Assembly: GCA_963801165.1 (NCBI GenBank)
Contig: CAWDDT010000003.1
Location: forward strand, 128,001 to 192,000
Reading direction: 5' to 3'
DNA length: 64,000 nucleotides
Origin: an uncultured bacterium
GTDB taxonomy: Bacteria > Actinomycetota > Acidimicrobiia > Spongiisociales > UBA5794
Position 1 is the stretch's first letter, and each line of letters starts with the position of its first letter. Below the pieces are notes generated by a model. It was not told the origin of the DNA and did not search any database. It saw only the letters and a program-made list of their open reading frames with translations. This document shows, piece by piece, positions 27,845 to 37,258 of the stretch. Position numbers and translations under genes: made by a program.

Positions 27845-30349
27845 TTACAGGGTGGAGAGCCCTGCTGCCACAGAAGAGATCTGGTCCTGGACCTCAGGCT
27901 CTCGCTCGTAGTTGCTGTGCGACTCGTATGGGAACAATGGTTGGGCGGCTTCCCTGACCTCGATGTCTGCGGCGGGATCGGCGGGATCGAGCTCACCGCC
28001 GGGCGAGACGAACACCTTCTGCCCGATGTAGTCCGTGGGCCGCCATAGGCTGCGCCAGGCATGGCCGACATCATCGAGATCGGCCAGCGCATTGCGCAGG
28101 CTCTGGAAGCGGCCCGGCGTTCCGAAATGCCACGGGAAGTACGCCCCGTATAGGCTCGACAGTGGTGAGCCGAACGTCACGAGCCCAGCTCTGGTCAAGG
28201 AGACGGCGGACGGAGCGGGTGCCCCGACGGTCTCCGGTGCCCGCCGTTGGCCCGACTCCTGGACCATGGCGTCGAGGTGATTGAACGTGATCTTGCCATC
28301 CGCTGCCGATTCGGAGCCGGCGGCCGTTTCTGCCTCGACGCGGTTTGGCATGACCTCGGTCATGGCGATGTCCAGTGGCTCGTTCTCAGCCGCGATCTGG
28401 GCAAGAGCTGCAAACGCAATGACCGTTCCCTGGGAATGCGCCGAGACAACCACGCCCTTGCCGTCGGCCAGGTGCTGCCTGATCCGGTTGCGGAACTCGG
28501 GGACCGCTCGCTCGGCGTAGCACGGCGCTGCCAGCGGGTGGAACCGGCGCGGCCAGAAGCTGAGCACGTCCCACACCTTTCCCAGCTGGCGTCTGCTGTC
28601 TCGAGACTTGGTGGTTGCCCGGATCAGCTGCACACCGGGGAACAGATAGAGCACGGTTGCCGTGGCCGCCCACGTGTGAAAGAAACTGAGACCGTCGATC
28701 CCGAAAAGGGGCGAGGCAAACCCGCCGTCGGGGCCCGGCGCCACATTGAAGCCGGAGGCGACCAGCTGACCGAGGTTGAGCGTCAGCATCACCACGGTGA
28801 GCGCTGCCAGGAGGCGGTCGGCATCGCCGGGCGTGGCGGCTATGACCCGGGCACGGGCCACCTGCCCAACCCAGCTGCGCTCGCGGTCGGGCAGCGAGTT
28901 GTAGTTCGCGTCCGCGCCGAAGTAGTCGTGAGTCACGGTCTCCGTCGGCTTGTCGGCGCGCCATATCGCCACTGCCACGATCAGCCCCGTGATCAGCAGT
29001 GAGAGCATGAAGATGTCGACCAGAACAATGTTGAACCCGTGTGCGCCGACCCATTCCGCACCGAGCAGGAACCGTCCGAGGAGGTTGGCGACTGCCGTGA
29101 AGCCGGCCCCCGTGATGATCACGGCGAGGGCTGCGGCGAATCCGGGCATCAAGGTCGTTGGCCAGCTGGTGGCGACATGTCGTTGCCGCTTTCTAGTTGC
29201 CAGCAGGATCACCATGATGAGCGCTCCGGTGTAGAGCAGAAACGACAGACCGCGTACCGCCGACAGGTAGGCGAAGCCGGAACCGTCGCCGCGGAGCCAG
29301 GCGGTGAGCAGCCATCCGGCGATGCCACCGGCGACGGCTGAGCCGACATGGGTGAGCATCCAGCCCACCCGGTCACCAGTGTCGGTTCCGGTGCGCTGAC
29401 CTACCCGGGCGGCCTCGCGGAATCGCTCCGGCCCGGTGAGCGCCCACAGCATCGCCAGGACTGCCACGAGGATCGCAATCATCGCCGGCCATGCATCGGT
29501 CTGTGGAGCATGCCACCCGACCGTCTTGACGGCGTGGCCGGTGGCGGCTCCGAGCAGCACCATCGTCAACCCGAGGTGCCAGCGGAACAGCCGGCGATGC
29601 TCGGCCCACTTGTACCAGAAGGCCGGGTCTTCGAGCTTCGTGTTGCGGCGCAGCCTGCTGGTGTTGCGTTCAGCCAGCACCCCGATCAGACGTCGCGCGG
29701 TGTCGGTTTCGTAGCCCTCTAGCTTGTCCTGGGTACGGAGGATGAACAGAAACAGCCCGAGGATCACGATGGCGGCCAGCCCGACACCACATGTGATCAG
29801 CCACATATCATTCTGCGCACCGAACAGGGTGAGCGGAGCCATGTACCAGCGATCGGTGCAGGTGGTGTCGGCCCGGCAACCGAATGCAACCATCTCGGTT
29901 GTCAGGGAGACGATCCACATCACGTAGGTCGCCGTGATGGCCAACCCTCCGGCGACGATCACGAGCCGGGAGAACCACAGGGAAGAGCGTCGCAGCTCGT
30001 CGCGACGGTCGAGCTCGGAAGCGCTGGGCCGGAACATCCACCCGGCGATGTTGATCAGAGTGAATGGGAACAGGACCCACCACAGCGCGGAGGTGCGGCT
30101 TCCCGAGGTGAGTCGACCCCATTCGTAGGCCTCGGTAGGTTGCGACGTTGGTGTCTCGGGACGGTAAAAGCCTGCAAGCTCGTCACCCGCCGTCTGCACT
30201 GCCGGTCCGTTGAGGATCTCCTCAGCCGTGGCTCCACCGACCCCCCTGATCTCGAGAAGCATCACCTCAGCCACTCCAACCTCCCGTGTCGACGTTTCGA
30301 GTCTATAGGCCGGGGTCGCGAGGAGAAGGGGTAGAGACGACCGGTTCAT
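27845..30349 (-). CDS. Polytopic membrane protein with a split alpha/beta-hydrolase-like domain
   Basis: N-terminal LEIRGVGG, many TM helices, AHSQG nucleophile elbow, LVTFGSPL, WRPTDYIG, HSNY; true start may be ~30270. Confidence 0.75.
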   Translation of the reverse strand: MNRSSLPLLLATPAYRLETSTREVGVAEVMLLEIRGVGGATAEEILNGPAVQTAGDELAGFYRPETPTSQPTEAYEWGRLTSGSRTSALWWVLFPFTLINIAGWMFRPSASELDRRDELRRSSLWFSRLVIVAGGLAITATYVMWIVSLTTEMVAFGCRADTTCTDRWYMAPLTLFGAQNDMWLITCGVGLAAIVILGLFLFILRTQDKLEGYETDTARRLIGVLAERNTSRLRRNTKLEDPAFWYKWAEHRRLFRWHLGLTMVLLGAATGHAVKTVGWHAPQTDAWPAMIAILVAVLAMLWALTGPERFREAARVGQRTGTDTGDRVGWMLTHVGSAVAGGIAGWLLTAWLRGDGSGFAYLSAVRGLSFLLYTGALIMVILLATRKRQRHVATSWPTTLMPGFAAALAVIITGAGFTAVANLLGRFLLGAEWVGAHGFNIVLVDIFMLSLLITGLIVAVAIWRADKPTETVTHDYFGADANYNSLPDRERSWVGQVARARVIAATPGDADRLLAALTVVMLTLNLGQLVASGFNVAPGPDGGFASPLFGIDGLSFFHTWAATATVLYLFPGVQLIRATTKSRDSRRQLGKVWDVLSFWPRRFHPLAAPCYAERAVPEFRNRIRQHLADGKGVVVSAHSQGTVIAFAALAQIAAENEPLDIAMTEVMPNRVEAETAAGSESAADGKITFNHLDAMVQESGQRRAPETVGAPAPSAVSLTRAGLVTFGSPLSSLYGAYFPWHFGTPGRFQSLRNALADLDDVGHAWRSLWRPTDYIGQKVFVSPGGELDPADPAADIEVREAAQPLFPYESHSNYEREPEVQDQISSVAAGLSTL

Positions 30350-30397
30350 CTTGTCGATGGTTGCCGCGGGAGCGCACCGCCCTAGCCCATACGGGGA

Positions 30398-30413
30398 AGT
30401 GGTCTAGACAATT
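30398..30413. promoter_or_regulatory. DasR/NagR (HutC-type GntR)-like operator upstream of deoC
   Basis: AGTGGTCTAGACAATT, 14/16 match to the dre palindrome AGTGGTCTAGACCACT. Confidence 0.55.
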
Positions 30414-30439
30414 CGATCGCGGGCGACGACACTAGGGTC

Positions 30440-31144
30440 ATGGAACCTATCTCATTGAGCGTCGCAGACGTCACATACGCCCAGCTCGCCGGCACTATCG
30501 ACCACTCGCTTCTCAAACCCATGTTGACCATCGATGACATCGTGGCAGGCTGCAAGCTCGCCGCCGATTACGAGGTTGTGTCGGTGTGTGTGCGACCCGC
30601 TGATGTCTCGTTGGCGGCTGAGCAACTGCAAGGGACGCAGGTGGCCGTTGGCACGGTGATCTCTTTTCCGCATGGTGACTCGGCCACCGCGATCAAGGTT
30701 GCCGAAGCGAAGCAGGCCCTCGAGGACGGTGCCGTCGAGCTCGACATGGTCCTCAACATCGGCCGGTTGCTTTCCGGCCGAGGCGAAGAAGTGCAGGAGG
30801 ATATCGCCGCCGTCGTTGCCGTATCGGGCGATGCCATCGTCAAGGTGATCTTCGAGAACGCCTATCTCACCGATGAGCAGAAGATCACCGCCTGTCATCT
30901 GGCTGAGGCTGCCGGCGCCGACTATGTGAAGACCTCGACCGGCTACGCACCGAGCGGGGCCACGATCGCGGATCTCCGTCTGATGAGGGCCAACGTGAGC
31001 CCGAGGATGAAGGTGAAGGCCGCGCACGGGGTGCGCACCCTGGACGCTCTCCTGGCAGTGATCGAGGCCGGTGCAGATCGGTGTGGTGCCACCGCAACGG
31101 CGACGATGCTGGACGACTACCGCGCCCGGACCGGGGCGCACTAG
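30440..31144 (+). CDS. deoC: Deoxyribose-phosphate aldolase (DeoC family)
   Basis: IDHSLLKP, VISFPHG, ELDMVLNIG, VKVIFEN, YVKTSTGY, VKAAHGVRT. Confidence 0.93.
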   Translation: MEPISLSVADVTYAQLAGTIDHSLLKPMLTIDDIVAGCKLAADYEVVSVCVRPADVSLAAEQLQGTQVAVGTVISFPHGDSATAIKVAEAKQALEDGAVELDMVLNIGRLLSGRGEEVQEDIAAVVAVSGDAIVKVIFENAYLTDEQKITACHLAEAAGADYVKTSTGYAPSGATIADLRLMRANVSPRMKVKAAHGVRTLDALLAVIEAGADRCGATATATMLDDYRARTGAH

Positions 31145-31243
31145 GAGGGTGCTGTTTAATCGCCGTGAAGGCTACGCAATGCCCCGACATGCCCAGGTGC
31201 CTATCAAGGTATCGAGCCTGAACTGGAATTATTCAGCACACTC
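31145..31243. mobile_element. 99-bp non-autonomous MITE-like element with a CTAG target duplication
   Basis: TIRs GAGGGTGCTGTTTAAT (31145-31160) and ATTATTCAGCACACTC (31228-31243; 13/16 identical as reverse complement), flanked by CTAG 31141-31144 and 31244-31247. Confidence 0.7.
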
Positions 31244-32143
31244 CTAGTAGCGCAACGCTCCTGCCAGCGCTGCACCAACCGCCCCCGCGTACCGGCCGAA
31301 CGTGGCCGGCACGATCTCGAGCTTGTCCGTTGGCACGAGCGTGACATGACGTTTGACGGCTTCTCTGATGGGGTCGAGGATGAGATCGCCCGCCCCGGCG
31401 ATGCCCCCTCCCACAATGATGCGGTCCGTGCCGAACATCGCCACCACGTTTGCCAGGCCGATGCCCAGGTAGTTGGTCATCCGCGCAATGGCGATCCGAC
31501 AGCGCTGGTCGCCTTCCCGTGCCCCCACAAAAACATCCTCTACGCTCGACCTGCCGGCATCCGCAGTGAGCACATCGGACCGTATCAGCGCCTCGAGACA
31601 CCCCCGGTTGCCGCAGCCACACAGCGGGCCATCGGGCACGATCGTTTGATGTCCCAGCTCGCCGGCGACGCCGAAGGCGCCGAGGTGAAGCTTTCCATCG
31701 ATCATCAGGCCGCCGCCGACACCGGTCCCGAGCGTGATGCAAGCCACCACTCCGTGGCCCTTGCCGGCGCCGAGGACACCCTCAGCGAGGGTGAACGCAC
31801 GGGCGTCGTTGACCATCCAGACGGGCATGCCCAGCCCGTCTTCGAGACGATTACGCAGTGGGAAACCTGGCCACGGCCCGGGTAGGTTGGGGAAGAGCTT
31901 GATCCGACCATTGCTCGGGTCGAAATGGCCCGGCACGCCGAGTCCAACCGTCTCGGCTCCGGAGTTCGTGAGTGCTGTGCGGCCCGCCGCGACGAGATTG
32001 GCGGCAACTCCGTCCGGTCCCGCGGACGCTCCGGTGTCCACCGTCTCGTTGGAGACGAGGCGAAAGGAGTCGTTCTCCTGCTCCAGGACCGCAACCTTGA
32101 TGTTGGTTCCACCCAGATCGAGACCGAGGTGGAGCGTGGTCAT
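31244..32143 (-). CDS. ROK-family sugar kinase
   Basis: GLDLGGTNIK, VNDARA, LGTGVGGG, GELGH, CGCGNRGCLE. Confidence 0.94.
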   Translation of the reverse strand: MTTLHLGLDLGGTNIKVAVLEQENDSFRLVSNETVDTGASAGPDGVAANLVAAGRTALTNSGAETVGLGVPGHFDPSNGRIKLFPNLPGPWPGFPLRNRLEDGLGMPVWMVNDARAFTLAEGVLGAGKGHGVVACITLGTGVGGGLMIDGKLHLGAFGVAGELGHQTIVPDGPLCGCGNRGCLEALIRSDVLTADAGRSSVEDVFVGAREGDQRCRIAIARMTNYLGIGLANVVAMFGTDRIIVGGGIAGAGDLILDPIREAVKRHVTLVPTDKLEIVPATFGRYAGAVGAALAGALRY

Positions 32144-32156
32144 GGTTGGTGCCGCG

Positions 32157-33149
32157 TCACGACTCGGTGATCCTGGTGTATGCGGCCGCGACGACGACAA
32201 TCATCGCTCCGAACAGGATCTGACGCACCGCTTCCGGGTACCCGAGCGAGGACAGGATCGACGCGATGACGGTCAGGATGAGCGCACCGATCATCGTGCC
32301 GCTGTAGCTGCCCCGGCCGCCCAGGATCGACGTCCCTCCGATCACCGCCGCGGCGACGGAAGGGAGCAGCGCAGTGTCGGCGAGGGTGACGCTGGCGACA
32401 TTGGTGAGACCGGAGTAGAGGAAGCCGGCGATACCGGCGAGCACACCGGAGATCGCATAGAGCATGGTGAGCACCTGCCATGACTTTGCACCCGACAACC
32501 GGGCGGCGATCGGGTTGTCGCCTATGGCATAGAGGAGGCGACCGAACCCGGTACGGTTCAACAGAAGTACGACGAGAACCGCCAGGGGGATGAACACGAA
32601 CAGGCTGACCGGGATGACGTCGGCCAGCAACTTGCCGCCGAGCGTGCGAAACTCGTTCGGCACCCCCGACCCCGTCTGCACCCGCTTCAGCTGCCACCAG
32701 TTGGCCAAACCGAGCACGACCAGGCTCATGCCCAGTGTCATGATCAGAGGATGCACCCGGAAGACGCCTGCGCCGATCCCGTTGACGAAGCCGATGATTG
32801 CCGAAACCGCCAGTGCGATGAGGATGGCAACCGCCAGGCCGGTGTCATTGACAAGCGTTGCGACGAGGAACCCGGACATCGAGGCGACCGCGCTCACCGA
32901 TAGGTCGATGCCCGCGGTGAGCATGGTCATCGTCTGGCAGCCGGCCAGGATCGCCAGGGGAACTGCCGCTCGGAGCATCACTCCTGCCCAGTTGAGGGTG
33001 ACGATCCCGGGGCGGATCACCTGGCTGAGGATCACGAGGATGGCGAGGAGGCCCAACAGCGGGATGATGGGACGCTCCCGGAACAGGGTCCGGACGGCTG
33101 CAGGCGATCGTGGCCCTCTTGCCAGAGTCGCGTCGGTCACGTCGCTCAC
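32157..33149 (-). CDS. CUT2 (ribose-type) ABC permease
   Basis: GIDLSV, FGRLLYAIGDN, AAVIGGTSILGGRG. Confidence 0.94.
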   Translation of the reverse strand: MSDVTDATLARGPRSPAAVRTLFRERPIIPLLGLLAILVILSQVIRPGIVTLNWAGVMLRAAVPLAILAGCQTMTMLTAGIDLSVSAVASMSGFLVATLVNDTGLAVAILIALAVSAIIGFVNGIGAGVFRVHPLIMTLGMSLVVLGLANWWQLKRVQTGSGVPNEFRTLGGKLLADVIPVSLFVFIPLAVLVVLLLNRTGFGRLLYAIGDNPIAARLSGAKSWQVLTMLYAISGVLAGIAGFLYSGLTNVASVTLADTALLPSVAAAVIGGTSILGGRGSYSGTMIGALILTVIASILSSLGYPEAVRQILFGAMIVVVAAAYTRITES

Positions 33150-34144
33150 CTTTCCCTCCGGAGCTGGACGAAGCTGCCGATCATGACAACGCCGACGAGG
33201 ATGAGCCCTTGTGCCACCGTTGCCAGGTTGGTGTTGACATTGAGGAACGTCATGTCGGTGCGGAGCAGGGACAGGATCACGACGGCGATCACCGGTCCGA
33301 ACACCCCGCCGCGGCCCCCGGCGAGGCTGACGCCTCCCAGAACCACTGCGGCGACGCTCATCAACGTGTATGGCCCCGGGACCGGCGATCCGATACCGGT
33401 GTTGGCCGTCAGCGAGAGCCCGGCAAGGGCCGAGAACAGACCGGCAAGCATGTAGGCGAAGATCTTGGTGCGGATCACCGAGACGCCGCTGCGGAAAGCA
33501 GCCACGGGGTCACTACCGATGGCGTACAGCGAGAGGCCCAAGCGCGATCTCCGTATCGGGATCCACACCAACGCGATCACGACGAACAGCACCACGGCCG
33601 CCTGTGGCAGCCAGGTGAAGATGAGCGGGCCTCTGGTGAGATCACTGAGCCACTTAGCCGACCCGCCTCCCGGTCGCTTCAAGACGAGTAGTGCGCATCC
33701 GGCCCACACATACAACATGGCCAGGGTCACCACGATGTCCGGCACCCGGGTGACGACCACCAGCGATCCGTTGATCGCACCCAGGGCGAGACCCAGCAGA
33801 AGCACCCCGATGACGATCGCCACGGCAATGCCTTCGCCGCGATCCTTCATCAGCGAAGCCGAGATGACACTTGTCAAGGCCATCATCGACCCGACCGAGA
33901 GGTCGATACCACGGGCGAGTACGGCGCACGTCTGCGCGACGGCCGCCAGCGCCAACGGCAGCACCGATATCGCCAGACCCTGGATACCGGCGGCGCCGTA
34001 TTTCGGCTGAATGATCTTGGTGGCCACCAAGAGCAGGGCGAGGATACCTACGAGCCCCAGAGTCCACAGGTTGCGCCGGAGGGTGGTGACGATCATCCCG
34101 TCGGGGCGTGAGAGCGCTTGCTGAGTGTCGGCCGTCGCGGTCAC
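33146..34144 (-). CDS. CUT2 (ribose-type) ABC permease
   Basis: GIDLSVG, LYAIGSD, AVVLGGVSLAGGRG. Confidence 0.94.
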   Translation of the reverse strand: MTATADTQQALSRPDGMIVTTLRRNLWTLGLVGILALLLVATKIIQPKYGAAGIQGLAISVLPLALAAVAQTCAVLARGIDLSVGSMMALTSVISASLMKDRGEGIAVAIVIGVLLLGLALGAINGSLVVVTRVPDIVVTLAMLYVWAGCALLVLKRPGGGSAKWLSDLTRGPLIFTWLPQAAVVLFVVIALVWIPIRRSRLGLSLYAIGSDPVAAFRSGVSVIRTKIFAYMLAGLFSALAGLSLTANTGIGSPVPGPYTLMSVAAVVLGGVSLAGGRGGVFGPVIAVVILSLLRTDMTFLNVNTNLATVAQGLILVGVVMIGSFVQLRRER

Positions 34145-35715
34145 TGTTCCATGCCTCCCACATCTTTTTGCGCGCCCCCCTCAGTCTGTACCGCCACAAC
34201 TGCTTCCTCGGGCAGGAGCGAATCGGAGCTCAGATTGTGTGCCGCACGAAGGAGGGTGGCCTCGTCGGCATCCGCAGCGTCGACCTCGGTGACCACCTCA
34301 CCGGCGAAGATCACGATCGCCCGGTCGCAGACGAGCTGGATCTCGCTGAGATCCGATGTGTAGAGAAGGATCGCCGCCCCGGCGGTGGCCAGCTCGCGCA
34401 GCAGCGGATAGAGCTGGTGTTTGGTGCGGATGTCGATCCCACGGGTCGGGTCGAAGCACAGCATCGTCTTCACACCGGTTGCCAGCCACCGGGCGATCGT
34501 CACCTTCTGCTGGTTCCCTCCGGAGAGAAATCCAACCTCGCGTTGGGCGCGGGTCTCGATCTGGAGACGTTCGATCGCATTGTCTATGTGGGGCTTCTCC
34601 TTCCTTGCGCTGATCGGCCCCCACTTGCGCATGCGGACACTGAAGGGGAGGGCGATGTTGTCGCGCACGGAACGCTGCATCAGCAGCGCTTCGGCCCGGT
34701 CGGCCGGGACGAAGACGACTCCTTCGCGTATCGCATCGGCCGGATGACGGAAGGAGACAGACTTCCCGTCGACGAGGACCTCGCCGGACAAGGGGCGATC
34801 AGAGCCGGCGAGGATATCGAACAGCTCGTCTTGACCCTGGCCCTCGAGTGCTACGACACCAAGAACCTCGCCTGAATACAACTCGAAGGAGACGTCGCGT
34901 AGCCGGGTATCCGCAGCGAGGTTGCGCACCTCGACGCGGGGCCGCTCGCCGTCGCGTTGCGCAGCTCGGGACTCGCTGCCTCGGCGACTGATGTTGGCTA
35001 CGACCTCACCGAGCATGAGCTCGACGATCCGGTCGGCCGAATCGGGCGTCACGTCGACGACGCCGACTGTCTCGCCTTCACGTAGAACGGTGGCGCGGTC
35101 GCAGACCGAGCTGATCTCGGTCATCCGGTGGGTGATGAAGATGGTGCTGCCGCGGCCTCCCCGCCTACCGTTGACCACTTCGAGGACCCGTTCGGTGAGG
35201 TTCGCCGGGAGCGCTGCGGTCATCTCGTCGAGCATCAGCACGTCCGGATCGATGGCCAGGGCGCGGGCGAGGTCGATGATGCGTAACGAGGCCAGTGGCA
35301 GGTTGCGGGCCATGGTGGAGAGATTGAGCTCGCCGAGACCGAGCCGGCTTATCCATTCGCGAAACGGTCCAAGAGGTGTCTCGGTCAGCCGGAGGTTGGA
35401 GTGGATGTCTAGATCGGGGATCAGGGCCGGTTCCTGGTACACCGACACGAGGCCACCCCGGCGCGCCTCCGCGGGCGAATGTACACGCCGTTCCGTGCCG
35501 CGTACTTTGATCAGGCCGCCGTCGGGACGTATCCCACCGGTGAGGATCTTCACAAGCGTGCTCTTGCCCGCGCCGTTGGCCCCGACCAGCGCGTGCGTCT
35601 CGCCGGGCAGCACCCGTAGCGAGGCCGACTTCAGCGCAACCACAGCACCGAATCGCTTCGAGACGTCGGTCGCTTCGAGCAGGTACTCGGTTGTGTCACT
35701 CATCGTTGCACTCAT
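34141..35715 (-). CDS. CUT2 sugar ABC ATPase (tandem NBD, RbsA-like)
   Basis: GANGAGKSTL, LSGGNQQK, FDPTRGID; start 35715 or 35703. Confidence 0.94.
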   Translation of the reverse strand: MSATMSDTTEYLLEATDVSKRFGAVVALKSASLRVLPGETHALVGANGAGKSTLVKILTGGIRPDGGLIKVRGTERRVHSPAEARRGGLVSVYQEPALIPDLDIHSNLRLTETPLGPFREWISRLGLGELNLSTMARNLPLASLRIIDLARALAIDPDVLMLDEMTAALPANLTERVLEVVNGRRGGRGSTIFITHRMTEISSVCDRATVLREGETVGVVDVTPDSADRIVELMLGEVVANISRRGSESRAAQRDGERPRVEVRNLAADTRLRDVSFELYSGEVLGVVALEGQGQDELFDILAGSDRPLSGEVLVDGKSVSFRHPADAIREGVVFVPADRAEALLMQRSVRDNIALPFSVRMRKWGPISARKEKPHIDNAIERLQIETRAQREVGFLSGGNQQKVTIARWLATGVKTMLCFDPTRGIDIRTKHQLYPLLRELATAGAAILLYTSDLSEIQLVCDRAIVIFAGEVVTEVDAADADEATLLRAAHNLSSDSLLPEEAVVAVQTEGGAQKDVGGMEQ

Positions 35716-35729
35716 CGGTGTCTTACAAG

Positions 35730-35761
35730 GCTGTTGCGCCGGAGGGTACCGGCGCAACAGC
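35730..35761 (-). terminator. Intercistronic stem-loop after the SBP gene
   Basis: GCTGTTGCGCCGG-AGGGTA-CCGGCGCAACAGC, 13-bp stem. Confidence 0.65.
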
Positions 35762-35786
35762 GATGTCAGCGTACCGCCGGGCCTGG

Positions 35787-36986
35787 CTACTCGCCAGGGC
35801 CTACGCAGGCAACGGCCTGCTCGGGGGTGTAGTGCGTGTAGCCCTCGATCTGGAGACCGAGCGGCCAGAGTGGATCGAGCCCATCTACCTGCCAGGACTG
35901 GAGCAAGGCCTTGCCTGAGTCGGTGATGTTGTCCGCCAGAACCGGAGTGAGCAGAACCGTGTTCGGTTGCGTTGCATCCGCAGCCGTCTCGACCTGCTCA
36001 CCGTCGAGCAGCTTGAGCGCCAGGGCGACGCCTGCGCCACCAACGGCAGCCGTGTTGGTTACCGCCGAGCCCTCGAGACCGGCATAGTTCGTCGTATCGA
36101 GAAGCTGTGTCACGAAGGCACCGAGGTCGGCGCCAACGATCGGCACGTAGTCCATGTTCGCCTGCTGGATGGCATCGACGACCTGGGAGTCCATGCCGGA
36201 CGTCCAGATTCCGTCGGTGTCGCCGTATTGGCCGCTGGCGATCCAGTCGTTGATCAGCTGGGTCGTGGTTGCCGGGTCCCATCCGGTGGCGACACCATCG
36301 AGAGTGGGCAACACGTTGATGTTGGGATACTCATCCAGTGCCATCTTGAAGCCGATGTCGCGATCGGAGTCGGCAGGGTGCCCCGCCAGGCCACGCATGT
36401 AGTAGACGTTGCCCTCACCGCCGAGCTGCTCGAACAGCCACTTGGCGCCCAGATAGGCGTACTGGATCTGGTTGTTGTACAGGTTGTATGTATCCGCGTT
36501 GGTCACGTAGGCGTCCACGGAAATCGTTCGGATGCCTGCCGCGTTTGCCTCCTCCAGGGCCGGGTTCAGCGCATCCGGGTCGTTTGGGTTGAACACGATG
36601 GCGTCCACCCCGGCGGCGATCAGGTCACGGATGTCCGAGAGCTGACCGGCGGCGTCGGTGTTGCGGTGGATCGTGATGAGCTTGGACACCTGTCCAGATG
36701 CCAGTGCTTCGGCCTTTGCGGTGCACACTTGCTCCTCGCGGAAGCCGTTGCCGACGCCACCACCATTCGAGTATCCGATGGTGTACATCGTGTGCTCGGC
36801 CATCGTGGTGGTTGAATCGCCACCCGATGCCGCAGCTGTTGTGGTGGTTGAATCGCCACCCGATGCCGCCGCTGTTGTGGTGGTGCTGGTTGTGTCATCT
36901 CCTCCGCAGGCAGCGGCCAGCAACGCCAGCGCCGCCATTGCCACGAAGAACCTGAACCATGTCCTTGACCATCTCTTGTGGGTCAT
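35787..36986 (-). CDS. CUT2 sugar ABC substrate-binding lipoprotein
   Basis: Lipobox AAAC, Thr-rich linker, YTIGYSN, GVDAIVFNP; AGGAGG RBS. Confidence 0.92.
   Translation of the reverse strand: MTHKRWSRTWFRFFVAMAALALLAAACGGDDTTSTTTTAAASGGDSTTTTAAASGGDSTTTMAEHTMYTIGYSNGGGVGNGFREEQVCTAKAEALASGQVSKLITIHRNTDAAGQLSDIRDLIAAGVDAIVFNPNDPDALNPALEEANAAGIRTISVDAYVTNADTYNLYNNQIQYAYLGAKWLFEQLGGEGNVYYMRGLAGHPADSDRDIGFKMALDEYPNINVLPTLDGVATGWDPATTTQLINDWIASGQYGDTDGIWTSGMDSQVVDAIQQANMDYVPIVGADLGAFVTQLLDTTNYAGLEGSAVTNTAAVGGAGVALALKLLDGEQVETAADATQPNTVLLTPVLADNITDSGKALLQSWQVDGLDPLWPLGLQIEGYTHYTPEQAVACVGPGE
36805..36876 (-). repeat. 36-bp coding repeat x2 (TAAASGGDSTTT linker)
   Basis: GTGGTGGTTGAATCGCCACCCGATGCCGCMGCTGTT x2. 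Confidence 0.9.
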
Positions 36987-37084
36987 TGCCCCTCCTCCTG
37001 AGAGCGTCATAGTTACCGGAGTCTGCCGTCTGTAGCGTTGGCTTCGCTCAGGCGAACCTCCGGCTCTCGACCTGTGACACTATA

Positions 37085-37102
37085 ATCCTCGATAATCGAT
37101 CA
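37085..37102. promoter_or_regulatory. Shared regulon operator, copy 1
   Basis: ATCCTCGATAATCGATCA (reverse complement TGATCGATTATCGAGGAT); fills the spacer of a minus-strand TTGGAT-N17-TATAGT and abuts a plus-strand TATAAT at 37081. Confidence 0.8.
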
Positions 37103-37258
37103 TCCAACTGGGGCGAGTCTCTCCATTTCCTCACATCGGTGTCGACAACGGGTGGCCCGGCGGCTGGATTGGATCAGGTCGGCGACCACGCTGGCACCGG
37201 TGACACCTAGCGGGCGGGGGTTCGGCCGCTTATGTTGGCTCTGGCAGATCGGAGGCGT

